From NCBI GenBank assembly GCA_034780895.1, contig JAUZTB010000033.1:30537820-30601819 (forward strand): DNA of 64,000 nucleotides. The letters are read 5' to 3'. Shown here in pieces: positions 51,124-61,831 of this stretch (positions within the stretch are counted from its first letter, which is position 1; every line of letters starts with the position of its first letter). The translations under genes and the position numbers were made by a program. This stretch comes from Rhynchobatus australiae. Its lineage: Eukaryota. Under the pieces are notes generated by a model, which searched no databases, was not told where the DNA came from, and was given only the letters and a program-made list of their open reading frames with translations.

Positions 51124-51480
51124 GAGGTTCCCCACTGGCTCAGGCTAAATTAATCACACAGTAAGCTGCACATGGATACAACCCAAAAAGACCACAGACA
51201 TAATCCCTGCTCTTTGCCAAGGCAGGCTTGGCAGTTGGAAGACAGCTGTCGATCTCAACATCCCGAACTAAGGTTGGGAAGCCAATGTCAAGAATCCCAT
51301 TGTTTGATCACCAGCCTCTGAACTATACTGGAAAATGTGTGCATGCATGGATATTGAGCAATGACAATTTGTTTTTATATGACTAAGCAATTGCTAAAAC
51401 AGCAGCTTAAGAATGACTACTTTGGTGATACACCCCAAGACTACAGGCAACCTTTGAAATGATCAAACTCTTTGAAAGGG
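51124..51480 (+). mobile_element. Old SINE (AmnSINE2-like)
   Basis: Head ggttcccactggctcag; tgatc; ctggaaaatgtgtgcatgcatggatattgag. Confidence 0.55.
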
Positions 51481-51828
51481 CAAGACGGAAAATTGTGACG
51501 AAACTTCTTATTGTCATCAGGTATTGCATTTAAAAAAAATAGGTAGGTAGGTATGATTGAATTTTAGTATCAAGTGGAAAACAAGTGGTAGGAGATCAAA
51601 GTACAGTTTACAGCACCACTCGATGCTTGTTTCCATTGAAGTTAATAGATATGAACATCTGGTGGGGTGCTAGGTAAATGAACTATCCACTAACTCCAGT
51701 AGTAACCAAAATAAAAATGCACCTGGTTTTAAGTGATATGATCGAATTTATCTTAAGGCACATAGGAAAAATAAAGCCTGGGAAACATAATGATTAAATC
51801 TCAGCAAATGGTTGGGCACTGTACTTAC

Positions 51829-52071
51829 TGGTCTGTGCTGGGTGGTAGCCATGTTGTCCCAATCACTGTCTGGTTGGAGGCTGCTGACAACAGGTGGTAG
51901 CTCCTCAGGATGAGGTTTGTTGATTACTATTGTATGCAGGGGCAGGTGTGAGGCTGTGTGCTGGTCATTGAGCTCCTCCCTTTCCCTCTCCCGTACCAAT
52001 CTTTCCTGGACCATTGCTTCCTCCCCATCAGCAGAAGCAGCGTACGGAGAGGCAGCTTGTTTGGAAGACAT
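51829..52071 (-). CDS. SOX6: SOX6 first coding exon (N-terminal 81 aa); exon probably begins at 52075 with 4 nt of 5'UTR
   Basis: Translates [20 protein letters not shown]...SHLPLH...[31 protein letters not shown], matching the remembered SOX6 N-terminus (MSSKQATSPF...SHLPLH...NKPHSEELP...DADWD) better than SOX5. Acceptor is ttcttctcctttacatttaacAG|cagaATG. Donor is CCA|gtaagt. Length 243 nt, phase 0. Confidence 0.95.
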
Positions 52072-52337
52072 TCTGCTGTTAAATGTAAAGGAGAAGAACA
52101 TAGATTCAATTATTTCAATAAGTGCCATACTACTTCACGAAAATAATTTGAAGTGTTCAAAAAGCATGTGCTAATATGCATAATAATTTAAATACAGATG
52201 ATAAATATTTTGTTAAGAGAGAAAGCCTGCTATTGGAGCAATGATTCTGAAGCTCCTGGCAGAATTTGAATGTAGCATCCAGGATGTATTGGGACCTTAC
52301 TTACTACTGCATTACTGCTGCCTGGCAGCTGCCCTTT

Positions 52338-52445
52338 AGAGTCACAGAGCCATAAAGTTACACAACGCAAAAACAGGCCCCTCGGCCCAACTCGTCTATG
52401 CTGACCAACCTTCCTACCTGAGCTACTCCCATTTGCCATTTCTTC
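52338..52445 (-). mobile_element. CR1 3' tail
   Basis: agagtcacagagccata...aaacaggcccctcggcccaactcgtctatgctgacca...ctagc-type ccatttgcc is the reverse complement of the tail at 55450-55535. Confidence 0.8.
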
Positions 52446-52683
52446 CCAACATCTATCTTTGGGTGGTAGAAGTACCAGCCTGTGTTAGTTAATAGATCCT
52501 TTAAAATGCCCAATGCATACAGTACTGACATATTAGGCCAATATTAACCAAAGTGTGTACTGTAAGTTGATAGCCTCTCTCAAAATAAGCACCATATATC
52601 CATTATGTTGGTTAGTCTCTCTGGTCCCAGACCCACTTCCCCAGCATCATCATTTTGTGAAAATCAAAAAAAATCTCTTGGAC

Positions 52684-52741
52684 ATGTGAAACAAAAACAG
52701 AAAAAAAAACTAGAAATACTCAACAGATTAGCCAGCATCTA
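52684..52741 (-). mobile_element. Penelope-derived terminal fragment truncated by a gap
   Basis: aaaacagaaaa...tagaaatactcaacagattagccagcatct. Confidence 0.5.
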
Positions 52742-53889
52742 NNNNNNNNNNNNNNNNNNNNNNNNNNNNNNNNNNNNNNNNNNNNNNNNNNNNNNNNNNN
52801 NNNNNNNNNNNNNNNNNNNNNNNNNNNNNNNNNNNNNNNNNGACTGTTTGTCTGTCTTGCAAATATTTTGTTTAACTCATGGGTGGTCTGTCAGGTCCAC
52901 CTCTCAGACTGGAGGGGAAGCAGTAAAGAAGATGACAGCAAGCGGAAGCACGACAGTGAAGATTTTCTTAAAAACGTCTTTTTAAAACAGAATACTGCAA
53001 TATATTCTGATCTCATCTGCCAAAATCACACAACCAGACATCTCCAGACTAAACCTACACACAATCCTCTGCTTTGCAACTCTATTAAAGTCGCAGAGAG
53101 TTTACTTTTAAAAAAGAATTAATTTAACATCTTTGAATCTTGAAATAAACATCATTGAGTATGTGTTGCATAACAGCCCTTCATTAATATGGTAATGCAG
53201 CAGCTAGTGAAAGAGGAGATGGTTAATAGTCTATTTGTGAAGGTTTTCATGTTTACCCCGCACTTGGCTGTGAAAAAATAAGATACTTTGTTAACGAGAA
53301 AAGATAAATCAAAAAAATATAGAGCTCAGTCTGTTGAGGCAAAGCCTGGATAATTCATGTGTTGACTCGATTCAATGGAAGCTTTCCAGATCTCCTGAAA
53401 AAATAGGCCACATACAGGAAATGGAATTTGCAGAAGAAAGTAAGGACCGGTAGCATAGCAACCGTCAGGGCTTTTTATAACTTGCAGTCAGGAAAAGAGG
53501 AGCCGCTCCTAGTAAGATGAAACCAAGAAGAGAAACCAATTAACAAGACAACATATTAATACGAGTGCTGTATTCAGTGTAACAGTTTAACTAACTGCCT
53601 CTCAAAGTACTCCCTTAAAAATAGTATTGCAACAAAAAACTGCAACCAGTTTGGTGGAGAAGGACTCCTGGCAGTTGACAACAGACAGACTGCAGCAAGA
53701 GCTATTTGATTCCGAGCATTGCTGTGAGATTACATAACTGATACTTTTTTTTTGTATGGAATTTTAACCATGATTAGCACACCTCATAGTCTGCCTCTCT
53801 CGTATTCATGCACCAGTACGCTACTCAGACTCCTTGTTCCTTTGTTCCCAAAACTTTGTTATCCCACGGTGATTATTTCTGGGTTAGGA

Positions 53890-54560
53890 TCCCATGGGAG
53901 GTAGCAACTCGTGGGGTGCCGCAGGGACTGGTGGTGACCTTCAGGTATTCACGTTATAGAGCAGTGATTTAGATAGGGATTGGAATGTAATATTTCCAAG
54001 TTTGCAGCAAACATTAACCTGGGTGGGATTCTGAGGAGAATGCAAAACAAATCAAGGCAAGATATATGGCTTGAGCAAGCAGGCAAAAACATGGCAGACG
54101 CAGTATCATGTGGATGAAGATGAAGTTATCCACTTTGATTGGAAAAGCAGAAAGTTACATTTTTTTTGAATGATGTTAGAGTTGGGATGTGTTGATGTAT
54201 AATGAGACTTCAGTGTTCTTGCACTCCATTCACTAAAAGCAAATTTGTAGATGTAGTGAGAAAGGAAGGCAAATGAATGCTGGCCTTGAGAGCAAGAAGA
54301 TTTGATGTCCTGCTGTCAATACTTTGGTGAGACCACACCCTGAATATTATGTAGTTTTTGTTTCCTCACCTAAGAAAGGATATTCTTGCCATGAAGGGGC
54401 TGCAACATTCCCAGGATGGTATGAGTGTGCATGAGGTTGGCTCCACTGGTTGGCCCCACTATTTTTGTCTTCACTGGGCTTCAGAAGAATGAGAAGAAGA
54501 ATCTAACTGAAACTTACAAAATTCTGACAGGTCTAGACTGACTGGTTGCAGGACACATTA
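53890..54560 (+). mobile_element. CR1 LINE RT relic
   Basis: gtggggtgccgcaggga (GVPQG); atttccaagtttgcag (ISKFA); atggcagacgcagtat (WQ.Q); ttggtgagaccacac (LVRPH). Confidence 0.8.
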
Positions 54561-55122
54561 CATAGCACTGTGCCAGGATATCTTCCTGCTTCTAACTTCA
54601 TATTTTGACCAACCAACCAGGCACTTGGGCCTCGAAAGTTTAGAAAGCATGGGAGAAACCTAGAGGAGAAAGAGTCTTGTCACATTACAAAGCAGGGCAG
54701 TATTTTGTGGTACTTCCCTCTTGGCCACAGATCTGATCACTGGCTCATCAGCGGTTCAGATGATAGCACTCGAACCTCTGAGTCAGAAGATCATGGCATC
54801 AACAGTAAAATGACATGTTCCAATTGTGGTGTTTTTTTTTACCTCAATTGTCTGAAAAACATTATTTGTTTACTCACACAACAACCTGCTTTTACTAACC
54901 CCACCTCCCCTGAAAATGTGCTATTCATAGAGCCAACATTCAAACTGCACTCTTTGCCCACATTGAGGTCCATGACCTCAAACTCTGATGAGTTCTAGCA
55001 TTGTCTTATCTGTGTACCTGAACACGAAGGTCAGGGGCATTTTCACTCTCAGCTTTTAGCCTTAGGTTCACCCCAGACTATTGTTGTTAACTCCCACCAT
55101 TTATCACAAGTTGATGCTCATT

Positions 55123-55535
55123 CATTGAGTTATGGGGAAAGGATGAGCAGGTTGAGACTCTTTTCATTGGAGTTTGAGAATGGGGCTGATCTTATAGAGG
55201 TGTATAAAATCAAGAGGGGCATAGATGGGGTCAATGCACATAGTCTTTTTCCCAGGATTGGAGAATCAAGAACTAGAGGACACAGGTTTAAGGTGAGAGG
55301 GGAGAGATTTAATAGGAACCTGAGGGGTAACTTTTTCACCCAGAGGGTAGTCGGTATATGGAATGAGCTGCCAGAAGAAGTGGTTGAGGAAGGTAAACTA
55401 ACAATATTTAAAAGGCACTTAGATAGGAAAGGTTTAGAGGGATATGGGCCAAATGCGGGCAAATAGGACTAGCTTAGACGGGAATCTTGGTCAGCATGGA
55501 CTAGTTGGGCCAATGCTGTATGACTCAATGACTCT
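55123..55535 (+). mobile_element. Relatively young 5'-truncated CR1 LINE
   Basis: 113-aa ORF SYGERMSRLRLFSLE...DLIEVYKI...TRGHRFKV...FFTQRVVGIWNELP ending at the native stop, followed by tail tatgactcaatgactct. Confidence 0.92.
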
Positions 55536-58090
55536 ATTACTGCATTAGAGAGCTCCCCCAAACTCCATCTTGAAATGGGCACACATTCCCACCACCCTCC
55601 CATTCACTGCAACATCCATTTATCCAGAAGCAACACTCTCCAGTAGTGAGACGAGTGCTGCATTCATGGGTTATATCCCTTTAAGAACTGTCTTCAGAGA
55701 TCACATATGCCATGCTGTATATTGATACCTGCAAGAATTTGTAACAATATCAATGAGAAATGCCAACCTGAAGTCATCAATGTCAGTTTCAGAGTTTACA
55801 TTACTCCAGGAAACCCAACAACAGTGTTCTGTAAACTTCTCAATGAAGATTCACTCTTTATCAAGCACTAGGGTGACCCAACAAAATGGTATCTAGTGAT
55901 ATCTGGTCTTTAAGTTCAAGTGTCACTCTAGAGTCCTGAGCTTTAGCCTATCATCCCAATACAGCATTTGCAAGTGTGCTACACTGTTGGAGGCGCCAAT
56001 TTTAGTTTGAAAAAATAGACTAGAAGTTCCACTCCCACACCGATGCCAACATGGGTCCAGTGTAGCACCAACCGTGGTGTTCCACACACCCTGCAGACCT
56101 CCTAGTGTACCTCATTGGTATGGACCTGCCATCAGGGGTGTCAGCTGCCCGTCTGGTGCAATGGTGAGTTTGTCTTGGAATCCAATTGGGCAACACAAAC
56201 TTCTGTCATGGTTCTGGATACTAGCCCTCAATTTGGCTCCTTTAATGTCTTGTTGTACAGCACATGGATTCCATGCTGGACTGATTACTTAATGACACAC
56301 ACCTGAGCCCCATCAGGGGGCCTAGCATAAGTACCTGGGTTTCTCTAGCACTAGTTAGAGTATTGGTCTACCTTTGGCTCCTAGTTGCTTAGAGTGGTCT
56401 ACTCTAGAGCAGTCCTGTGTTCTCTATTCCTTTTGAAGATCCAGTTTGTGTTGGGATTCCTCTTCTGATCTCTGAGGCAAGATTCCTTCCAGTCACTGCC
56501 TGTGTTTTTCCTGAGGAAGTATCCTGACTCCAGTCTTGTATCAGTGTGCCGCATTTGGGTTCTCCGCAAGCTTGCTCCTTGCTCAACATTGTGACAAATG
56601 GAACTCTCCTTCAGTCCACCCTCTTCAGCCTCAGATGGTAAATTCCTGGGAGGCTTACTTTCAGCCTCAGCTTGTGTTCCCTCTGCCAATGAATTAGGTG
56701 CACAAAATAAACTAGACTTCCCAGAGTCTTTTGGGTATCTGCCAGGCTGTCTCTAGTAGATGGCTGGCCAGTGAGTACCCTGTGAGAGTGAGGATGGAGG
56801 TGTCATTGGATGCAGTGCATGCCAGGGTTCACCACAACATGTTTGTCTAACATTTAGTGGGCTGTTTGGGGTGAAATCCAAGCAGAAAGACCTAAACAAG
56901 TGATTTTAAATTGCCTTTGCATATCCACTAATGTCTGTCTCAACACCAAGACTGACCATAAGATGGAAACAAGCCACCTGCTGATCCTTGAGCTCAGAAA
57001 CTGTAGAGGCAAAAGTGAAAGGAAACATTGGAAACTGAAACTTTTTAAAAATGGGATAAGAAGATTGTTTAAAAAATTGGCAATAGACTCTACTTCCTTC
57101 TCCAATGGATTCTCCAAGCAGCACACCAGCAACAGTTTAGGGTTGGCAACCTATTCCAGACTTTTGCCGGTACCTTTTAGAATGCAAGGCACAGGAGTTG
57201 AATCAAGACAATTTTGGGACTGGATCTTCACTTTATTTTCCCCTACTCCTTCAGCAGAAGATTGAACCCTGTGCAGAACAGGTTTATTGCAGGTGCCACC
57301 CAACACACTCTGTCTCATTTGCGTTCTACCATATGTGATAATAATTGTGGATATGGTGAAGAAAAATAAAACTCAAAGTACAATATAATTCTTCATGAAT
57401 CCTCTGGCCATGCAGATAATTAGCAGCCTTATATTAAATCTCAGTGCAGAAACTTCCACAGGCTTTCAGAGAGCTGTCTCTTTTTTGAAGGTAAACACAG
57501 GATCTTTTTAAAATGCCTCTGAATTACAATTATGCAGCACTATCTTGTGTGTGTTTTGAGTACAAGCTATTTCAAACAGACATTGGCCAAAACGATTCTT
57601 TTTAATCAGCTTACTATAAAACAGCACCACCCAAATTGTTAGTTATGTTCACTAGACTCTCAATTCATTTAAGACGTTCCTTCTAAAATGAATGGCACAG
57701 TAGTGCCTTGCTCACATATTGACCACAGCAATCCTAAATAAAGTGAAAGTAAAAGTTATTCCATGTACATTTCTCTTGGCCTCAAGCTTGACATTTGCAA
57801 GCATTTCCCAATCTGCAAGTTTTCCCACCAGAAGCAATTCATTCCTAACTAATTTCGCAATTTATGAGGAGTAATTATTGTGAGGCTTATGTTCATCTTT
57901 ATGAAGTGCAATACAAAGTACATTAAAAGGTACAATTCACAGCTTAATCATCTAACTTAGTTTATCAATCAAAGATATGATTCTCAGTTCAATATCAAGT
58001 AAACTTAAAATTGAAGCAGCGACTAACAAATAATTTTATACACTAGGAGACCTTCCACTGGAACCAGAGGCTGAATCAATTTGAACTTAC

Positions 58091-58418
58091 ACAGAGTCAC
58101 AGAGCATGGAAACAAGCCCTTCAGCCCACATGTGAACATCAAGCACTAATCTCATTTTTCCTTTCACATCTCCATCAACCACTCTCTTCCCCGATTCTCT
58201 TGGCACCCACTCTCACTAGGCACAATTTGCAGTGGCCATTTAACCCATGAACCAGCCAATTTTGGCATGTGGGAGGAATCCCGTTCACTCAGAGAAAACC
58301 CTCGCTATCACAGGGTGAACATGCAAACTCCACACAGACAGCAGCCAAGGCCACCATCGAACCTGAGTCACTGTAGCTGTGAGGCAGCAGTGCTAACCAC
58401 TATACTACTGTGCTACCC
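58091..58418 (-). mobile_element. V-SINE (HE1-like), near full length
   Basis: tRNA head on the minus strand (gggtagcacagtag...gtggttagcactgctgcctcacagc...caggttcgat), V-domain acatgcaaactccacacagacagc and a CR1 tail. Confidence 0.85.
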
Positions 58419-58479
58419 AATGCTATGCCCCAAAGTAACCCTTGCCGAAAAGATTTAAGAAATAGAAGTAATTAATTCT

Positions 58480-58670
58480 AAGACCCCATTTGCTTTTTCA
58501 CATGAATGTAAAAGATCCCAAAACACTATTTTTGAGAGCAGAAGAGTTCATTCTTTGGTGTTCTGGCCAATATTTATCTCTCTATCAAAATAACTAAAAG
58601 GTTTATCTGGACATTATTTATAATGCTGGAGTGGGACCTTCCTGCGCACAAATTAGTTGCCATGTCTCTG
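58480..58670 (+). mobile_element. DeuSINE Deu-domain fragment
   Basis: atgtaaaagatccca...ctatttt..gagcag...tggtgttctggccaatatttatctctc...gtgggacctt.ctgcgcacaaatt. Confidence 0.75.
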
Positions 58671-61257
58671 AGGCAGCTGTTGGGCTTTACAATGTACTGA
58701 CAACAGCTGACTTGAGGGCAGAATAAAAAAAAAGTAAATATTTCCTTCTTTTTGTTATATTTTTTTTTACTTATAATGGAAATTGTCTGTGTGTGGACAT
58801 GGGATGAGGAAACTTTGAACCTCTCTAAAATGGCCTAACAGGGGAACAGTTTGCTGAACAAGCTACTGAATATAGAACGGCTATTTAGACAAGGTGGTTA
58901 AGCATTTCTGAATACTGTGGAACACACCATGAATCAATGCTTTTAAAAGAGAAAACTCGAGAGAAAATAGAACGATAGTTAAAAATGAACATTTTGAGAA
59001 ATGCGAGCCAACATAATCTGTCACTCATCAGGGTGAGTGTTAATTCACTACTGGAGAATGGAACTTATTATGCTTTCCATCTGGCAATACTTTGATTCTG
59101 GCAGCAATACCAGAGATCCCTAAATTAGTGAAGAATTCATAAGGAGAATTGAAAACTGAGGATCCCACAGAATTTGCCAGCTCCGCAGTGAAAGCCACTG
59201 TAAAGACCTTGGGTGTGCATAGCATATGAAAATCCATCAAGGGATTGAAGTACCTTACAATCAAATGTTGACAGTTTGTTCAAAGATCTTTCCTACATTC
59301 AATACAACATTTGCCAGGTCTGAGGGTGGACAGACAAAGTGCTTCTCCATGTCTATCAACATCGATTCACTAGGAGGTCTACTGACTAGTTTAAAGTGAT
59401 TCAGCCTTAAAATTTGTTTCACTTCCTGCAAAGGAGGTCTTGGGCTCTATTTAGGATCTAATCTATTGATCATCTGGCTGACCATTTGGTAAATACATCA
59501 CACGATAAGCTGCACCTCCCTTTCTTCCCCTCCCCCCTCCTCTCCTGCCCAACCACCCCAAATTAACTCTGAAAACAATCAGAGTTGTCCAAGATTCACT
59601 CATTCAGAACTGCTTCAAACTTACAGTAAATGGAATCAATGTCAGTGAATCTGCTTCAGGAAGGGAGAGAATACATTTCCCGTCCCTGAATACTTTACAC
59701 TGACTCCTACTGGATGGTGTAATGATACAAGTATTGGTGAGGACCCACGCACAAACTCTCCAACCTCACCCATGAAAAATGGCTACTTAGCTGAGGCTCT
59801 TAATACTTGCAGACATTTATGTACCTTCAGTCTCTGTAAGTCAGGACAAAGGGAAAGAAATTGGTGGTGAAAGTAAAATATACTATGTCATTTTATGCTG
59901 TCCCACTCCGTAATATAACAGAACATCATTATATCACTGAATAGTAGTTACTTTCTAAGAATATAATTGCAGACTCAAATGAATGTTAGAAATAGAAAAT
60001 CATAGAGTGAATATAACTGGACCTTTAACCAAAAAGGCAAAACTACAGGGTCGTAAAATATATAATAGTGCAAGCTCTCCAACAATCACTGGAGTGAATT
60101 GTTGTAAACCAATGGATTTATATTGTGTGACTCTATGTACCGTTATGCACAGGGCAAATACAGAGGCCTATGAGGGTAAGTCATATCCCGGAGAGCTGTT
60201 TGATGTTAGTGATGTAATCACCATGGCTTATACGATTCCCTCAAAATGGTAAAAAACAACAGGGTGCACCAGCGAAGTGAAAACCAGAGATTCAATCACT
60301 TAAAGTTCAAATGGGGAAAGGCTGGATTTGATTACCAGTTATAATACACAGACTGTTACATGACCCTCTGGTTACTGAAAAATATAACCTTACACACACT
60401 GACNNNNNNNNNNNNNNNNNNTAAAATTTACCCTGTATTTATTCACGGTTACATGTCTCTGGAATTGCAGTCAATTTGCAGACTCAATAGACTAGTTTAG
60501 TTAAGCAAGAAGCCATTCAAATGTCTGTATTAACCTACAACAGACATTTGGAGAATAGATTATATAAATGATTCAAAAAGAGAAAGATAATGTATGTGGT
60601 TGAAAGAGAAAGAATAAAAGAGAAAGGGAAAGAGAGAAAGAAAAAACTGAAAGTAAGATTAACCTCACAACACTGAAACACGAATAACTCAGCCAATCAC
60701 TTCTAAGCCACAATGTTAAATATACTCACAGGACTGTATGCAGAAAAGGCATCTACAATGACGTAGCCTGAATATATGAAACATGCCTCATTTTACCACT
60801 GATATTGCATAGCTTCAGTGTGCTCCAATTTTCAAAAGAAAATTCATCTTAATGGAAAATTGGCTAACTTGTTTAATGACCACATCCATTCTATCTTTCA
60901 TTCCTTTGGGTCCTAAAACCAAACCAGAAAGTTTCAAATACTGAGACTGAAATGTTCAGCTTGATCCAGCTTAGTTTCTATCTAAGTGAAAGGAAGTGCA
61001 CAATTTAAAATTAAATAGAAGACAATTAAGCCAAGGTTTGGGAATGATATCTCTATTTTCTGGCTTCCAAAGACAATGTTTGCTTTCATAATTTTCTGCC
61101 CTCTTCTGCTAAATGAGCTGACTCTTAGTAACAGTACAATCCTTATACTGTAAGCTGGGCTCAATTACTTCATCCACACATGATAGTTAAAGCTGGCAAG
61201 TTGTTTGACAATGTAGGGCATTGCTGACAAACTTGATTCCCATCTTCACCAATGTCT

Positions 61258-61831
61258 ACCTTAGAGGATCCTTGGGCCCAACGCATTGATGTAATCACAA
61301 AGAAGGCACGTCAGTGGCTCTACTTCATTAGGAGGAGATCTGGTATGTCATCAAAGACTCTTACAAATGTCTACAGATGTCTGGTGGAGAGCATTCTGAC
61401 TGGTTGCATCACTGCCTGGTATGAAAGCTCTAATGCGCAGGATCGAAAGAAGCTGCAGAGGGTTGTCGGCTCAGCCAGCTCCATCATGGGCACAACCCTC
61501 CCTGTCATCAAGGACATCTTCAAGAGGTGGTGCTTCAAGAAGGCAGCATCCATCATTAAGGACCTTCACCATCCAGGACATGCCCTCTTCGCGATACTAC
61601 CATCGGGGAAGAAGTACAGGAGCCTGAAGACCCAACATTTCAGGAACAGCTTCTTCCCCTCCGCTATCAGATCTCTGAACGGTTATGTACCCATGAACAC
61701 TACCTCATTATTCCTCTTGTGCACTATTTATTTTTGTAACTTATAGTAATTTTTATGTCTTGCATTGTACTGCTGCTGCAAAACAACAAATTTCCTGTCA
61801 TATGTCAGTGATAATAAATCTGATTCTGATT
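61258..61831 (+). mobile_element. Rex1/Babar-clade LINE 3' end
   Basis: 164-aa ORF KKARQWLYF...YRCLVESILTGCITAWY...DRKKLQRVV...HPGHALF..LPSGKKYRS...FRNSFFPSAIRSLN, with tail aataaatctgattctgattc. Confidence 0.92.

Larger units (their letters stand above)
26090..51828 (-). other. SOX6: SOX6 intron (GT-AG, 25,739 bp including gaps)
   Basis: Bounded by gtaagt at 51828 and tAG at 26090. Phase-0 joining keeps the SOX6 reading frame. Confidence 0.85.

Noticed and set aside
52072-52128. In-frame N-terminal extension [19 protein letters not shown] in the ORF track
   Set aside because: It is the polypyrimidine tract and acceptor read as codons. SOX6 similarity starts at MSSKQ.
58340-58418. tRNA-like A and B boxes (also near 22380, 28150 and 5500-5577)
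   Set aside because: These are SINE heads attached to SINE bodies and do not form a full cloverleaf.
61252-61746. 164-aa ORF as a possible host gene
   Set aside because: It is the 5'-truncated C-terminus of a Rex1/Babar LINE ORF with small deletions and a retroposon tail.
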